36,499 nt of DNA, taken from the NCBI GenBank assembly GCA_000934665.2, contig JYFJ02000973.1, forward strand, positions 62,001-98,499, given 5' to 3'. The notes below the pieces were generated by a model that was not told the origin of the DNA, searched no databases, and was given only the letters and a program-made list of their open reading frames with translations. A program made the position numbers and the translations under genes. The first letter of the stretch is position 1. Each line of letters starts with the position of its first letter. Below, piece by piece: positions 12,336 through 24,780 of the stretch. The DNA is from Catajapyx aquilonaris. Lineage: Eukaryota.

Positions 12336-15300
12336 CGCACAGTAATTTTTGCGGTTCCACAAGCGCCCAGCTACTTATTAAACTAAAATTATCACGCCAA
12401 TGGACGGACCTTGCCTGGCGGGGGCCAATAAAGTTAGGTCAGCCATACTTGAACTGCCCCCCTCCACTTCGTCGCTTAATAAAGATCAGCTGCATTTTAA
12501 CCCCAAGCATGTTGCCATGTCAGATAAAATGAGGCCATCTGCTGGAGGCTAACAGGTGGAAACCTCATCATATGTGTGTGTGAACCTCCTGCCCTTTAGC
12601 TAGCCTGGAAGTTTAGCACACTTGCAATTCATCAAGTACAGAAAAGCACCTTGCAAGTGTGCAAGTTGACTCCTGGCCTCGTTCCAGCACCTCCCCCCCT
12701 AATAAATTCGCAAACAAAAGAAAACGGTTCCTATTCTCCTGCGGTCTCGCCCCCCCTGGAAAGATTAGGCGCAACATGGACTTAATGCAATTTCCTCCGC
12801 GTCCCTTTTCGCCAACCCTGCTTGCTTACGGATCTCATTAGTCAGGTGCGGCTTTCCTCGCAACATCTGTACCGGCTCCTACTGGAGTGTACCACACTTT
12901 TTCTCATCTCTTTGTGCTCGTTACGCGTACAAGACAGCCTCTGCCCGGGGTTTGTCGTCATAATAACTGCCAGAGGGGCTCCGCTGTAGATTGCCATCAT
13001 CCGGAAAAGGAGAAAATGCCGGCGGGGGGCCAGGAGAGGAAATAAAGCATGGCCGCGCCCAGCCCAAATGACTCTCAGTCTCTCTAGGCTCTGAGATATT
13101 CAAACAGGTGCAGTTTCATCTTGTCGCTTTTCCCTTTGCCGCTGCCGGCCGTCCATTACTGGTGGAAGGCAGCTCGGGAGAGAGAAAGAGGTATTTTCCC
13201 ATGGCTTTCTAACGGCACCCTGCTGAGAAACTTTTCAGGGCTCAACAACCTGAGACCCTCAGAGAAGAAACTATGGGCGTCTGGTTGTCTCACGCTATAG
13301 ATAGATGGCGTAAAGGAGCGTGACGTAAGTCGGAGGTGTGGCAAGATGGCTACCCGGTCTATAGCTAACATTCCCCCTATAATAATAGCCTTATTTTTTC
13401 GCCTCTGGAACGCTCCGGAAGGAGAAGGGCCCCTGGTGAGTGCTGCCACCTTCTTATCACGGCACTAAAATCATCAGGCCGGGGGTAGGGGGCCGGCAGG
13501 TTTTGCCAAATTTTGGCTACGGGTGTTCCAGTTTTTAAATATATAAATTGCAGACATTTCAGTCATTAATTGATTGGAAATAGTGACAAACCAAATTGCA
13601 GCTTTTGAGTGCCTCCAGGCCGTAACTGCATGGAAGCAAACTCCTGCCTGGAAACAGTCGCTCTCTTGCCACCCTATAGGAAAACCCAACCTCATTTTCG
13701 ATTGGTTGAACGCTCGTAATCCTTCTTTTCCTAATTTCGAACTACTTGCATGGGAGGGAGATCTAGAATTTGGAATTTCCCTTGGGCGCTGCAACACCCG
13801 ACATGAAAAAGGCGTTAACTCTGTCGCATATCTGTTATCGGCTTGGGACAGGAACACCCGTGGGAACACTACCCATGTAATTTTATTTCAGATACAAGGC
13901 AAACTGTTCATTCAGATACATGTTAATTTTTTTTTGTCTATTGGGACATGAACGATTTAGTGTGCTAAAAGTCGCCTGTTAGCCGCAAAAATATCATTTC
14001 ATCAAAAACAAATCAGAGAATGCGTGTGATGCGCGAGTGCCACAATAACGTTCGTTGGCGCCAATGTTTTATAACACGTCCAGGAATGTGATGAAAATAA
14101 ACTGCCGAGTAGCAGTGACCAGTCACGTAAAGAGACTGATCGCAGGCAATCACGAAAGAATTTATTCTTACAATTAGTCACATGTTACACGAAAAAATTA
14201 CCCTTACTGCGGCACTGACTGTGAGTGACATACTCGTATGTTCCTCTTTTTTAAATATTTGTCAAAAACTGATGCCAGCATGTTTGGACGGCAGGTTAAG
14301 AAGAGTGTGCAGCGGAACTGACGCCCAAATTACAGTTTCATGTAGGTGTTGTGCCACTGGGTTTTTGAGGTTTGAAAAATAATGAGGCTTCCTATCCCTG
14401 CGTGTGTGTGTGTATGTATTTAACGTTGCGTTTATTTAAGGCTTCAAAAGGGCGTGAAATTAATGGACATATGGTGCTCGGCTATTTACAGTCTGAGGTT
14501 TGTCAAGTGTTGCGCCATTTTGGTTAAAAGCTATTGGTGTATGTATACTGTATGACCCCCCCTTTTTTGTGCAGTGCAATCTAACCATGGTACACAGTTC
14601 AATATGAGAAGGTATACGTGTGGCAAGGTAGCCTACTCTTCACAGGTTGAACAAAAGCAAGATCCGGGGGATCCGGATTACCTATGCACACCAGCAGCTC
14701 GGTGAAACGACCCGATGCTTTCTAGGCTTTTATTTGTTAGAACGGCTGTAACACCGCACTAAAACTTGTGTAAGTAGATTAAAAGCTTGCTGTATTCCGG
14801 GGGTAAAAACCGATGAGTACGGGGGATGGGGGAAAAAGGATTGTGCGCAAATGAGTATATAGGAAACCCCTGCATGCACCAGTTCCTTATATGGACACTC
14901 TGATTGTATATAACTAAGGGATTCAGTTATACCCAAGCATCATTCTTTGAAGCTCAGTTTTTTAAGGACGAAATGTGCCTTCAGCAGTGCAAATATCTTC
15001 TGTCAAATTGTCCACCCAATTAAGATTATCCTACTGTCATGGTTAACGAATCTGATTTCCTGCTCAGTTTACAAACATTGCCTGATGGCGCATCCTGTAG
15101 TTTTCTCTCACCCCCCCCCCCCCCCCCNCCCCCCCCCCCCCCAAAAAAAAATCGCCCGGATTTCATCACATATTCAGATCACGTTCTGTCTAGGTGGAAG
15201 CACGGAGCAATCGGCTTTGACATTCTTTCCCATTTTTTTTGTCGCAGTTTGACATCTGGTGACGTCAATTTGGTTTGGTTTAAAAATCGACATGTTGTCG

Positions 15301-16049
15301 TTAGCGAGATTTTTGTGTGAAAAAATATAAAAAGAGCTGCTGATGAGGCTGCAGCTTACATCGATTGATTCCCTTTCGTAATTAATTTGGATCCGGGAGA
15401 TTAGAATAAACGAATGGAATTCGCTCGGGAAGCAATATTTTGGGAGGACCTGGTAGGGGGGAGGGCTAATACTCTAATGGAAATTAATTGAGATTATTCT
15501 AAGCTGCCACACTAGTGTCTAATGGAAAGATACTGTTGGGGCTTTGAAGGTAATGGAAATATAGAGTAAAATCCATGTGACCTGACTAATTAAGTCGACA
15601 AAATATGACAACGATGGGGGCGAGAGATGACCGCACAAAACCCTGGACAAGCTGGACTGATTGATTGGAGAGCTGCAATACGCGATGAATAAAATATTTT
15701 GCGATGAAAAATGCGACACAGTTTGTTTGCATGCCAAACATCACAATTGCGGCAATGGTCTGATTTTATCCTGCAGGGAATATTGACTCGGATTGTCAAA
15801 CCTGATGAGGCTCTGCAGATAATTTGTGCCCTAACTACTACTGGTAAGGCGCACGTAATAAATTAATTCAAAAATTAACGTAATCAAATTTTCGATATGT
15901 CATCAGATTTCTGATGATAAATTATGGGGATTGAACACAACAGTTTGTTGCACTCTGTGTTTGGGGAGGGAAGCGTGGACCTTTGGGTGCAATGGTGTCG
16001 TGTATCCGCAGAGAAGATTTTGCATCTATATTTCAGAAGGACCTCTGGG

Positions 16050-16410
16050 AACGTTGGGAAGCAACGAAAAGGCTTAGCAGTGAGAGATTCTGTACTGTAC
16101 TGCACAAAGAGGATTCCCCACTTTGTGTACTTGCACATAAATTTTCAGATACAATTGGTTTCATCGCCGCTTCCAAAAAGTGCACTTTGGCTCCTCATGT
16201 ACAGGGTGCAAAAAAAACGAGGGGGCATTTGAGCAGTGTATTGTGTAGAAGAGCTTGGGGTTGTAGCCAGAGCCGTGAACAGCGCAAGTATAGTTTGATG
16301 TGAAGTAGTCCCCAGATGGTTGTGGAGAGAACGCCCTCCAATCGATGGCCGCGCTTCTCCAAAACGAGGAGGGCATCATCAAATCCAGAGAATAGAAGAA
16401 GAAAAAATCT
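16050..16410 (+). pseudogene. Possible decayed RTE-clade LINE fragment
   Basis: VERTPSNRWPR (16322-16354) followed by NPENRRRK resembles the RTE motif HVERM..DR.PK...P.GKRRRG. Heavily disrupted. Confidence 0.3.
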
Positions 16411-16905
16411 GGAACAATTTTTTCCTCCAAATTGTGGCCATTCTTGACAGATGCAGGGACCTTTCTTCCTTATTACGTGAGACTACAGGACCATTCTAAT
16501 TGGAATTGCCATACAGTGTGTTTCAGAATTTCAGCTGCCCTAAGTTTCTGGACTTGTTTTCAATCAGTATGAGGAATGGCAAGCCTAAGCCGCATTGACG
16601 CCAACCGACGGGGAAAAGCCCCATTTCGGGGATCTGTTTACCCTTTGCCCCCAGTCAGAGAGAGAAAAGCCTATGGTATATATATAGTTGGGCAAAAGGG
16701 AAATGCGGTTTGAGAGGGGCCATTTTGAAGGAAAAGAAGGAAAATGCTTGATGGATTGGAGGATGATCTGTATGGACGTGCCTGAACCTGATGGGCACTT
16801 ACTTTAGTGTGGGTAATGCCATGGATGAAATTGAAAGAGGGAAATGAATCAATGTCGCCAAAATATTGGTCTGCATGTAAGGAATGTGGTTAGTTGGCAT
16901 ATTTG

Positions 16906-17124
16906 TCACACAGATGGCACACCTCTCTGCACACTACTGCCACTCTCTGGGGAACAGTAGTACTGCATGCACGTTGGTGATGAGTCCCCTCGTGGACAAA
17001 GCCCACCAGGGTGCTATAAACAGTATTGAAGTGGGTCCCACCCTCTCCGACAGCTATGCGTCTTCTAATTGTTGAACATGGAAAGTGAAAAAGTATGGTA
17101 ACTACTACCTAGGCGATGAGTCAA
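16906..17124 (+). repeat. Dispersed repeat family R1, copy 2
   Basis: Colinear similarity to 3706-3902. Its end ACCTAGGCGATGAGTCAA is shared with the copy at 19907 (rc). Confidence 0.85.
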
Positions 17125-17879
17125 CACGGACAGAGAGATGTGTTCCCAATGGAATGGTTCACTTGAACAGAAATATATACGGGTGGGACGAAACACAGCA
17201 GAACATTTCGCCAAAAATACTGCAAACCTGTGTGTGTCCAGCTAAAATACGCAAATCGCCCTGATTGCACATCACGGCCTGGTCTCATTCGGGCTCAGGA
17301 AGATAAGTGGAGACATTCCAGTGCCATTCAAGATGATTAACCCATCCCAAAAGCACCCCAGGGAGCTACAATAAAGAGTGTGTCGCGAACATTGTGCATC
17401 ACTCCAAACATGGAGCCCCCTGCTATCAGTTTTTAGGCTACTTTAGGNCCCCCCCCCCAATCACCTCGTCCTTTGGTAATGACTCTGTCCAGCTATTTTG
17501 TCGCTTCCTTTTATTGCATTTACGTATCTTTTGCTATGGCACCCCCTCCCCCTCTCCCGTCCCATCCTCCTCCTCCTCCTCTTATTCCATGTATTTCCCT
17601 AGAGATACACTTGGGCAGCTACAAATCGCCTCCATAACCTGGCCCAATCTTTCCCCTCCAGCATCATGTCACCCAAGTTGTCCGATGTCATTTTACAGGG
17701 TGGTCCATCACTGCGCACGAAAATTATTCGCTACTTTATATGCTCCAAATCACAATAAGTATAGCGCTGAAGCTGCTTAAGTATAGCAATTGAATATATC
17801 CGCTACACTTTTGGTGCTGGATCGAATTGTGCGGGGCAAAAACTTATTGTTATGTAACCACGGGATGTAGCTATAATAC

Positions 17880-17950
17880 ATAGTACTTATAACTAATATA
17901 GACTTAGCTGATAAGTTATCAGCTAAGTCTATATTAGTTATAAGTACTAT
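17880..17950. repeat. Perfect 71-bp palindrome (35-bp arms, 1-nt centre)
   Basis: ATAGTACTTATAACTAATATAGACTTAGCTGATAA-G-TTATCAGCTAAGTCTATATTAGTTATAAGTACTAT; arms checked base by base, no mismatch. Confidence 0.95.
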
Positions 17951-18109
17951 AACTAATAGCTAATAACTAATAAAAACTGAATTACTAAAATACATAATAT
18001 TACGTATTCTTTTTTTACGTTACCCCGTGATAAGGCCGTGATAAGGGGGGTGGAATACCACCATCCTTCAATTTTCTGTATTTTTTTTCTAATATTACGT
18101 ATTCTGTAG

Positions 18110-18960
18110 TAAATTCTAATAATAACCAGTGACTAATAACAGTAATAAGTAATAAACTAACAAACTTTCATAAACTTGTAACTAATAGACTTGTAATAAG
18201 GGTGTAGTATACTATACAGACGTAAGATATATAATAACTACTACAGACGTAACTAATAGCTTATAATGACTTAATAATAACTAATAGCTAATAGCTTATA
18301 ATGACTAATAGCTAATAGCTAATAATAACTAATAGCTAGTAATAACTAATATCTAGTAATAACTAATATCTAGTAATAACTAATATCTAGTAATAACTAA
18401 TATCTAGTAATAACTAATATCTAGTAATAACTAATATCTAATAATAACTAATAATAACTAATAACTAATAATAACTAATAGCTAATAGCTAATAATAACT
18501 AATAGCTAATAGCTAATAATAACTAATAGCTAATAGCTAATAATATCTTAATAATAACTAATAGCTAATAGCTAATAATATCTTAATAACTAATAGCTAA
18601 TAGCTAATAATATCTTAATAATAAATAATAGCTAATAATATCTTAATAATAACTAATAGCTATTAATAACTTCATAATGATTAATAGCTTAAAATTTAAT
18701 AACATAGCTAATAATAACTTAATAATAACTTATAGCTAATAATAACTTAATAATAACTAATAGCTAATAATAGCTTAATAATAAATAATAGCTAATAATA
18801 GCTTAATAATAACTAATAGCTAATAATAACTCAATAATAACTAATAGCTTAAAATTTAATAACATAGGTAATAATAATTTATAACTAATAATAGGCTACC
18901 TAGTATTCATAATAATTTGTAATAAGAATAACCAACGACTAACAATAACTGATATAAACT
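18110..18960. repeat. AT-rich AACTAATAGCTAAT-type satellite
   Basis: Mosaic of CTAATAG/CTAATAA/CTTAATAA subunits, including five near-perfect 17-mers AATAACTAATATCTAGT at about 18341-18425. Confidence 0.92.
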
Positions 18961-19906
18961 TTTAACTAAAGTGGACCTGGGGAATGCATTTCATGTTCAA
19001 TGATATTTTTTGTGGTGTATTTGTAAGGAAAAACTTTAAAATTTGAACTAGTTGTCCCAGAATTTTGTAGGACTACCACTTCTTCGAGCTACAACGCGTC
19101 TACTTTTAGCTGCTACAGTTGGCAACTTGGAATTGAGCAGAGTTACTTACCTTGTTGGATCACCCTGTATTTTGTAGGGTGACAGCAGTACCGTATCTCT
19201 CGGAAGAGAGAGTATGTGTGTGTGGAAGCGTCTATAATAATAATAGTAATAAAAAAGAGGGACTAACCCCTGGTGCATGGACCGGACGGCGTTTTACGGC
19301 CCTCGAAAAGCACCAGGTAGTTCGAGGTATAGGATGGCCCACCCGTCTCCGGTAACGCCCCGGACTCTATTTACGGGGAGATGACCTCATAAAGAAGCCA
19401 TTCTGTGGGTCAGGACTGGGGGAGTCACGAGGATGGGGTTTTTTTTTTGGGGGGGGGGTGGGNGAGGGGAGAGAGATTTTCGCACGAAAAGTTGCGTGGT
19501 TTTGGGATTATGGGCCAAACAAGTGCTGTGCTGGGTTTTTTTGGTGAGAAATTGGGCTTGTTTCTCGGGCAGAGAAATGAGGTCCAGTGAGGTCATTTAC
19601 GCAGCACGAAGGACAATTATTGTTTCACCCAGAAATTCACCTTGGAAATGTAACGCTTCAAATAAGAAAGCTGCTACTTATAACCGGTATGAGCACAGCT
19701 ATTTTTTTGGCAGCAGTGATTAATGGCCAGAATTATTTACCATGCAACGATGTTATTCTTGCAGTGCAAACACATTGCGTGGAGTCAACTACCGGAATAA
19801 CGTGAATGTTGCGCAAGAGCACGCAGCACGCCACTAGAGAATCACAATTAAGCATTGAAGACTATCACAATGTGTTTGTAACGATAGTCCTGCGCAGATA
19901 AACAAA

Positions 19907-20095
19907 TTGACTCATCACCTAGGTAGCAGTTACCATAGCTTTCACTTTCCCCATCCAACTATTAAGAGAATAGAGTAGTATAGCGGACTGGTGGACTTTG
20001 TCCTCGCAGTGACTCATCACCAACGTGCATGTAGTACTACTTTCGCCATGAGAGTGGCAGTATAGTGTGCAGAGATGGAGGATGCGCCCTCTATA
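19907..20095 (-). repeat. Dispersed repeat family R1, copy 3 (inverted)
   Basis: Reverse complement aligns to 16906-17124 and 3706-3902; TGACTCA at 19908-19914 and 20010-20016. Confidence 0.85.
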
Positions 20096-21127
20096 TGTAC
20101 ATGGACAGTTCTGCCCAGTAATATTATTTTTGAACATTGCTTACTGGATTTCTATCGTGTGCATCGTATGCGACTGTATTAGAGTATGATCCTTGCGTCT
20201 AATCAAGAAGCTTGATCAAACCTGGTGTATATCCCATAGTTTGGAGCCGGCTTGGCTTGCAAATTATGAGCGAAAGGGGGTGAACCGTTTTGTCTTGTTT
20301 TGTCCCATCCAGTGTGCAATAAACCGATTGATAGTGCCGGTGCTTTGTAAAAACGGGGGGGTGTTGTCCGCAGTCCCCCAGGTATGGGTTGGGGGAGGAT
20401 GGGAGGATGGGGTGGGGCTTAGCCAATAGGTGGTAAACCCCCCCTGGGGGCTTTTATCAGCTGGTGTCCATTACGCTCCTGCGCATTTTCCATCACAATA
20501 TATTGTTAATGCAGGGTCCCACCCCATACACTTTTTTTTTAAAGGTCTTCCAACCCCACCACCACCCACCCCAGCTTTTGATAGGTGACTTTGTCATTAC
20601 CGAATTTTCATACGTGCCTGCCAGCATGGACCCCCCCCCCCNCCCCCCCCCTCCAGTAATGGCCGGTGTTCAATTGCGACGCTATGCTGAAATATTCGGC
20701 CATGTTTAGGACCGGGTAGGGCATATTTACAGAGGGCGATGATGCTTCATTAACCCAGTCACGCCTAGCATAGACACTTCTTGTAGACCTACTGTTGTTA
20801 GATTTTTAGTTATTGTGGTAGTTCACTTTTGCATGAAATAGAAAAGTATTTAAGAATTATTTAAAAAAAAATCAGCAGTAGCATATATCTACTGGATTAA
20901 GGTTTGAAGGAAGTTAAAATTATTTCCAACATTTTTCACCTTACATTTAAGAATTACGTTGTTTTTTTTTACCTAAACCTTATGTATAAAGGCAACATTG
21001 TTTGATTGTTTGCTTGTCCATTGCAAGGAAGTTACCATGGCATCAAAAAAAAATGTTATTGAGTCCATTACCATGGAAACAGGCCGTGGGAAGAACGGGC
21101 TCTACTACTACAGTGTATAAAAAATTT

Positions 21128-21323
21128 TAGACGCAAGAAACCGAGTGCGCAGCACAGTTCGCGCAACTTGCATGGTTGGCATTATCAATGATAGCTGTAT
21201 AATGAGTGTAGTGGTAAATAAGCTCTGCACTTATTTCCAACACTACCATATACGCTCGGGGGGCAAAATGGCTGACGTTTGCGACGTTGCCTAAGCTCTG
21301 AACGAACCTCGGAGGCTACCGGT
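21128..21323. mobile_element. Dispersed family R2 (Helitron-like end), copy 1
   Basis: AACCGAGTGCGC..TTCGCGCA..GGTTGGCATTATCAATGATA..TGCACTTATTTCCAAC..AAAATGGC.GACGTTTGCGAC is shared with 23292-23937, 24781-25165 (rc) and 33113-33243 (rc). Confidence 0.75.
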
Positions 21324-22478
21324 GTGGCCACTGGAGAGTAACGTTGGCAACGTTGTTGTCAAAACAAAGGAACTGCGCGAGTGTGGGTGCGCACTCATGT
21401 GCGCTCTTAAAAACAATCATTTTTATAGTTTATGGTCGGTTTCACCGAGCAGGTTATATTATAAATCCGAGTTTATTTTCGAAAAAAAAAAATCCTTCCT
21501 TTTGGTGTTGTCAACATTTATGGTTGCTCTGGCAATTCTTGTTATTTAACCGAAGTTTTAAAATTTAACCAGGTTGGTGAAACCCGACCTTAGGCATACT
21601 TTACAAGGAATAACTTAGCTCACCCCATAGATCACAGCCCTGCTTTTTCGTGTCCAACTCTTCTTCCTCCAGTACTGGACATTAATCATAACTGTCCATA
21701 AATGGGACGTCGGCCATCTTGTGTCCCGGTGGCAAAGTTTGCGACAGCCGATTTGATCCTCCTGGCCGAGCATGTGATGCCAATGGTCAAGGGGTCTCTC
21801 CGTCTTCCTCCAGCATGTTTCACGCCACATTTGACGTCTAGTGCAGCAGACCTCTCACAAGAAAATGTGGGGGGACAGAGGAAAGGACCCGGGGACTGTC
21901 CGTAACGATTTGAGAACACTCGGTTTTACGGGGGGGGGGGGGGGNGGGGGGGGGGCACATGCTTTTGAAAAAAAAAATAATTCCTCCAGACGACGAACAA
22001 CGTCGTCTGATATTCTCAGGCCGTAAACTCTCTCTGCAAAGGATCATAATGAGGCTTTTCCTGCCCCCATTTTTGGGGGGTATTAAACCTCGGTCAATTC
22101 ACTGGATACATTGTTGCAAAATTGTTGGAGAACCAGGCAAAATCAGGCTGTTAGAGCAAAATAGGTGTATAGTTTAGTACACTAGGGGATAACCACCTTT
22201 TTTTTTATGAACTTGGTTTTTTTAAAAAATAAAAAAACCTCTCAGATGGGTAGTCAGTAACGGTGTTTTTATAGCGAATTTGGTGCCCGATAGTCCCAAA
22301 GTGGGCTTGTCAACTCGGGTGTTTTCATAGTACTGTGACATAACATGGTGGAGGACAAGGTATGAAAAAATATGGTACCAGTTTTTACTGAGCGGTTTTG
22401 AGGGAAACAATGTTAACATGCTATCATAGCGGTAATTGCTGAATTAAGTATAAATGTGTGTGTTTTTTTTGCTTACAG

Positions 22479-22597
22479 ATGAGATGCAGCCAGCTTGTCC
22501 TTTCTGAGAGTTGGAGAGAATTTTTTATTGACGGTGTGGTGAAAAAGTGAAAATCCAAAGATGTCAGTACCAGTTCCGATGAATGAAGACCACGAAG
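22479..22597 (+). other. Candidate spliced exon (119 nt), non-coding or first coding exon
   Basis: Acceptor TGTTTTTTTTGCTTACAG| ends at 22478 and donor AAG|GTGAGT starts at 22598. All three through-frames contain stops. An internal AAAG-ATG at 22561 gives MSVPVPMNEDHE, which I do not recognise. Confidence 0.25.
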
Positions 22598-23291
22598 GTG
22601 AGTACACTCAATTTTTGTGTGTACACATTTGCGTAAATCCGGATTTTTAATGTTTTTCAAAACAATTGCTTTTATCGTGTCAAGGTAAAAGTCTACACAC
22701 TGCTCTTATACACAAATAATTACATTTCTCTTCTCAATATTTTTGTACTTGTAATATTATTATTGTAAACAGTATAACGAACAAGAAGAAACTGACTGCA
22801 ATACAGTTATTCAGAAGCGAAATCCTGTCGCATCACATTTTTTTACATTATGAATTCTAGGAAAATGTAATCAGCTTTGAGATTAAATCTGTGCGCATAT
22901 TGCCCTTCACTTTTCATATTTCAGTATTATTGATGCGCACTGTGAGAAGATCTGGTCTTCAAACACGGAGATACTGTCGGAATCTGTCTTTTTTTTTTTT
23001 TGCAAAAGTTCATTGGCCTCCTCTCACTTATTGACACCATGTCGGCAAATAGCGGGATATTGGCGAAAGTGTTTGCTCAACAGGCTGTGGAAGTTATTTT
23101 TAATTAAGCGCACTCTTTTTCTGCACAAAAAACAAAGGGAATGCGTAATTTACTCTGCATAATAATTATTATTATGCACAGTAAATTTTGTTCATGAATT
23201 CGACTACACATTATCGGCAAATGACTGAATTTATCAATAAATTGACAGAAAAATGCTTATTTTAAAGATATCTATTATTCGATTTTTTTTT

Positions 23292-23937
23292 TAAACAAGC
23301 ACAACCGATGCGCACCCTATTTCGCGCAGAATGCACGGTTGGAATTAACAGTGCGTAAAGCTGGTAATTCTGTGCATAGTGGGTGTAGGCTACTGATAAA
23401 ATAAGCACTGTACTTGTTTCCAACGTTAAGCTCGGGGAAGAAAATGGTCGACGTTTGCAACATTTTCAAGATGACCAAACCTGGACAAACATACAACCTT
23501 TGCCTTTTATAATTAGTTTTTCTCCTCCTTGGAATTTTTATTTGAAAAATCAAAAATCTCAGTATAGTCGAGGAAAACACGAACGCTATACGCTTGGAGG
23601 AACAAATTGGCTGACATTTGCGACGCGACGTTGACAATGTGACCAAACCTGGACAAACATACAAACGTTGCCTTTTATAATTATGTTTTCTCCTCCTTGG
23701 AATTTTTGTGGAAAAAAAACTCACGTCAGTAACATAGTCGAGGAAAACACATTTAAAAAAATCTGCACTTATTTCCAACGCTACGCTTGGAGGAACAAAA
23801 TGGCCGACGTTTTGGACGTTTCCAAGATGACCAAACCTGGACAAACACACAAACTTTGCATTTTATAATTTTTTTTCTCCTCCTTGGAATTTTTGTGGAT
23901 AAAAAATCAAAAATCTCGGTGTGATCGAGGAAACACG
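23292..23937. mobile_element. Family R2 copy with internal triplicated 170-190 bp unit
   Basis: GACCAAACCTGGACAAACA at 23473, 23641 and 23829, each followed by TTTTATAATT..TTCTCCTCCTTGGAATTTTT..TCGAGGAAA. This explains the repetitive ORF 23317-23850. Confidence 0.88.
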
Positions 23938-24780
23938 TTTTTTTTTTGTCTCTCGTCTTTTTTATGGCCATTTTCCTGTGGCTCCTTCTAGCCTTATCTT
24001 GAGGTTGATGCCCACTTCCTATCGACGTCTGCGTCGCAATTTTGGTCGTCCGAAGCAGTGGGGGAGGAGGATGGCCTGCGTCGGAAATTATCGAGGACAG
24101 ATGACGCTGGGGACGGGCAAAGCCTGGGGATGATTTTTCAGCAAGGGATTACAGGTAATCTTGTTTCGCGGTGTGGCTTTGCTCGGCTTGGGACCATGGC
24201 TGCCTGCCGGCTGGTCCATTTCCACGCCTGTCCCTCTTTTCCTATCCGTGTTCAAAAGTGCTTCCAGTATAATCCAGCACACCCCCTCCCCAGTTAGAAC
24301 TGGCCGCAGGAAACCTGCCACCTGCTTCCGATATAGATCCATGATGGCCTATATATACCTTGGCATCTATCGGGCAGGGAACAGGGCAATGTAATGGCCG
24401 ACGATTGGGGGATGAGCCCTGAGGAGAAAGCGCAGTATTTTTTTGAGTGATTTGTGAAACTATTCGGGGGGTTGTTGCAGGTGTGGTGAAGAGATAGGAG
24501 GATTACATGGGATGAGTTTTACGTGCAATGCTGGGATATCTATAGAATTGTCTTAAAAAATAGGCAATCAGCATGGTTGTGGAGATGTGCAATAGCCTAA
24601 GGTTTCCGTTGTCTGCAAAACTTCCCAGTAGGAGAAAAATTATAAAATGCAATGTTTGTGTGCCCAGGTTTGGTTGCCATGGCAAGCTGATGCCAAATTA
24701 AAAATTTTTATGCATTTCATTTTTTTGTAAAAGAATTATACAAGTTACTTCCCAGGGACCAACAGATAATTTACACCCGT

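Noticed and set aside
13474..13951. Overlapping 131-aa and 125-aa antisense ORFs
   Set aside because: Non-ATG starts, no recognisable domain and no splice support.
19269..19318. 8-bp stem CCTGGTGC/GCACCAGG suggesting a structured RNA
   Set aside because: A single short stem is expected by chance; no RNA family features.
21560..21900. Minus-strand exon or RTE-like fragment (AVIYG-ELS)
   Set aside because: No coherent frame that I recognise; the LINE resemblance rests on a few residues.
23317..23850. Longest ORF (177 aa) with internal repeats
   Set aside because: Read-through of the triplicated R2 unit; no protein-like features.
23400..23937. CRISPR-like regularly spaced repeats
   Set aside because: Whole 170-190 bp units are homologous, so there are no unique spacers; no cas genes; eukaryotic context.
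23960..24470. GC-richer stretch with overlapping ORFs on both strands
   Set aside because: Probably a decayed retroelement, but no diagnostic motif could be confirmed.
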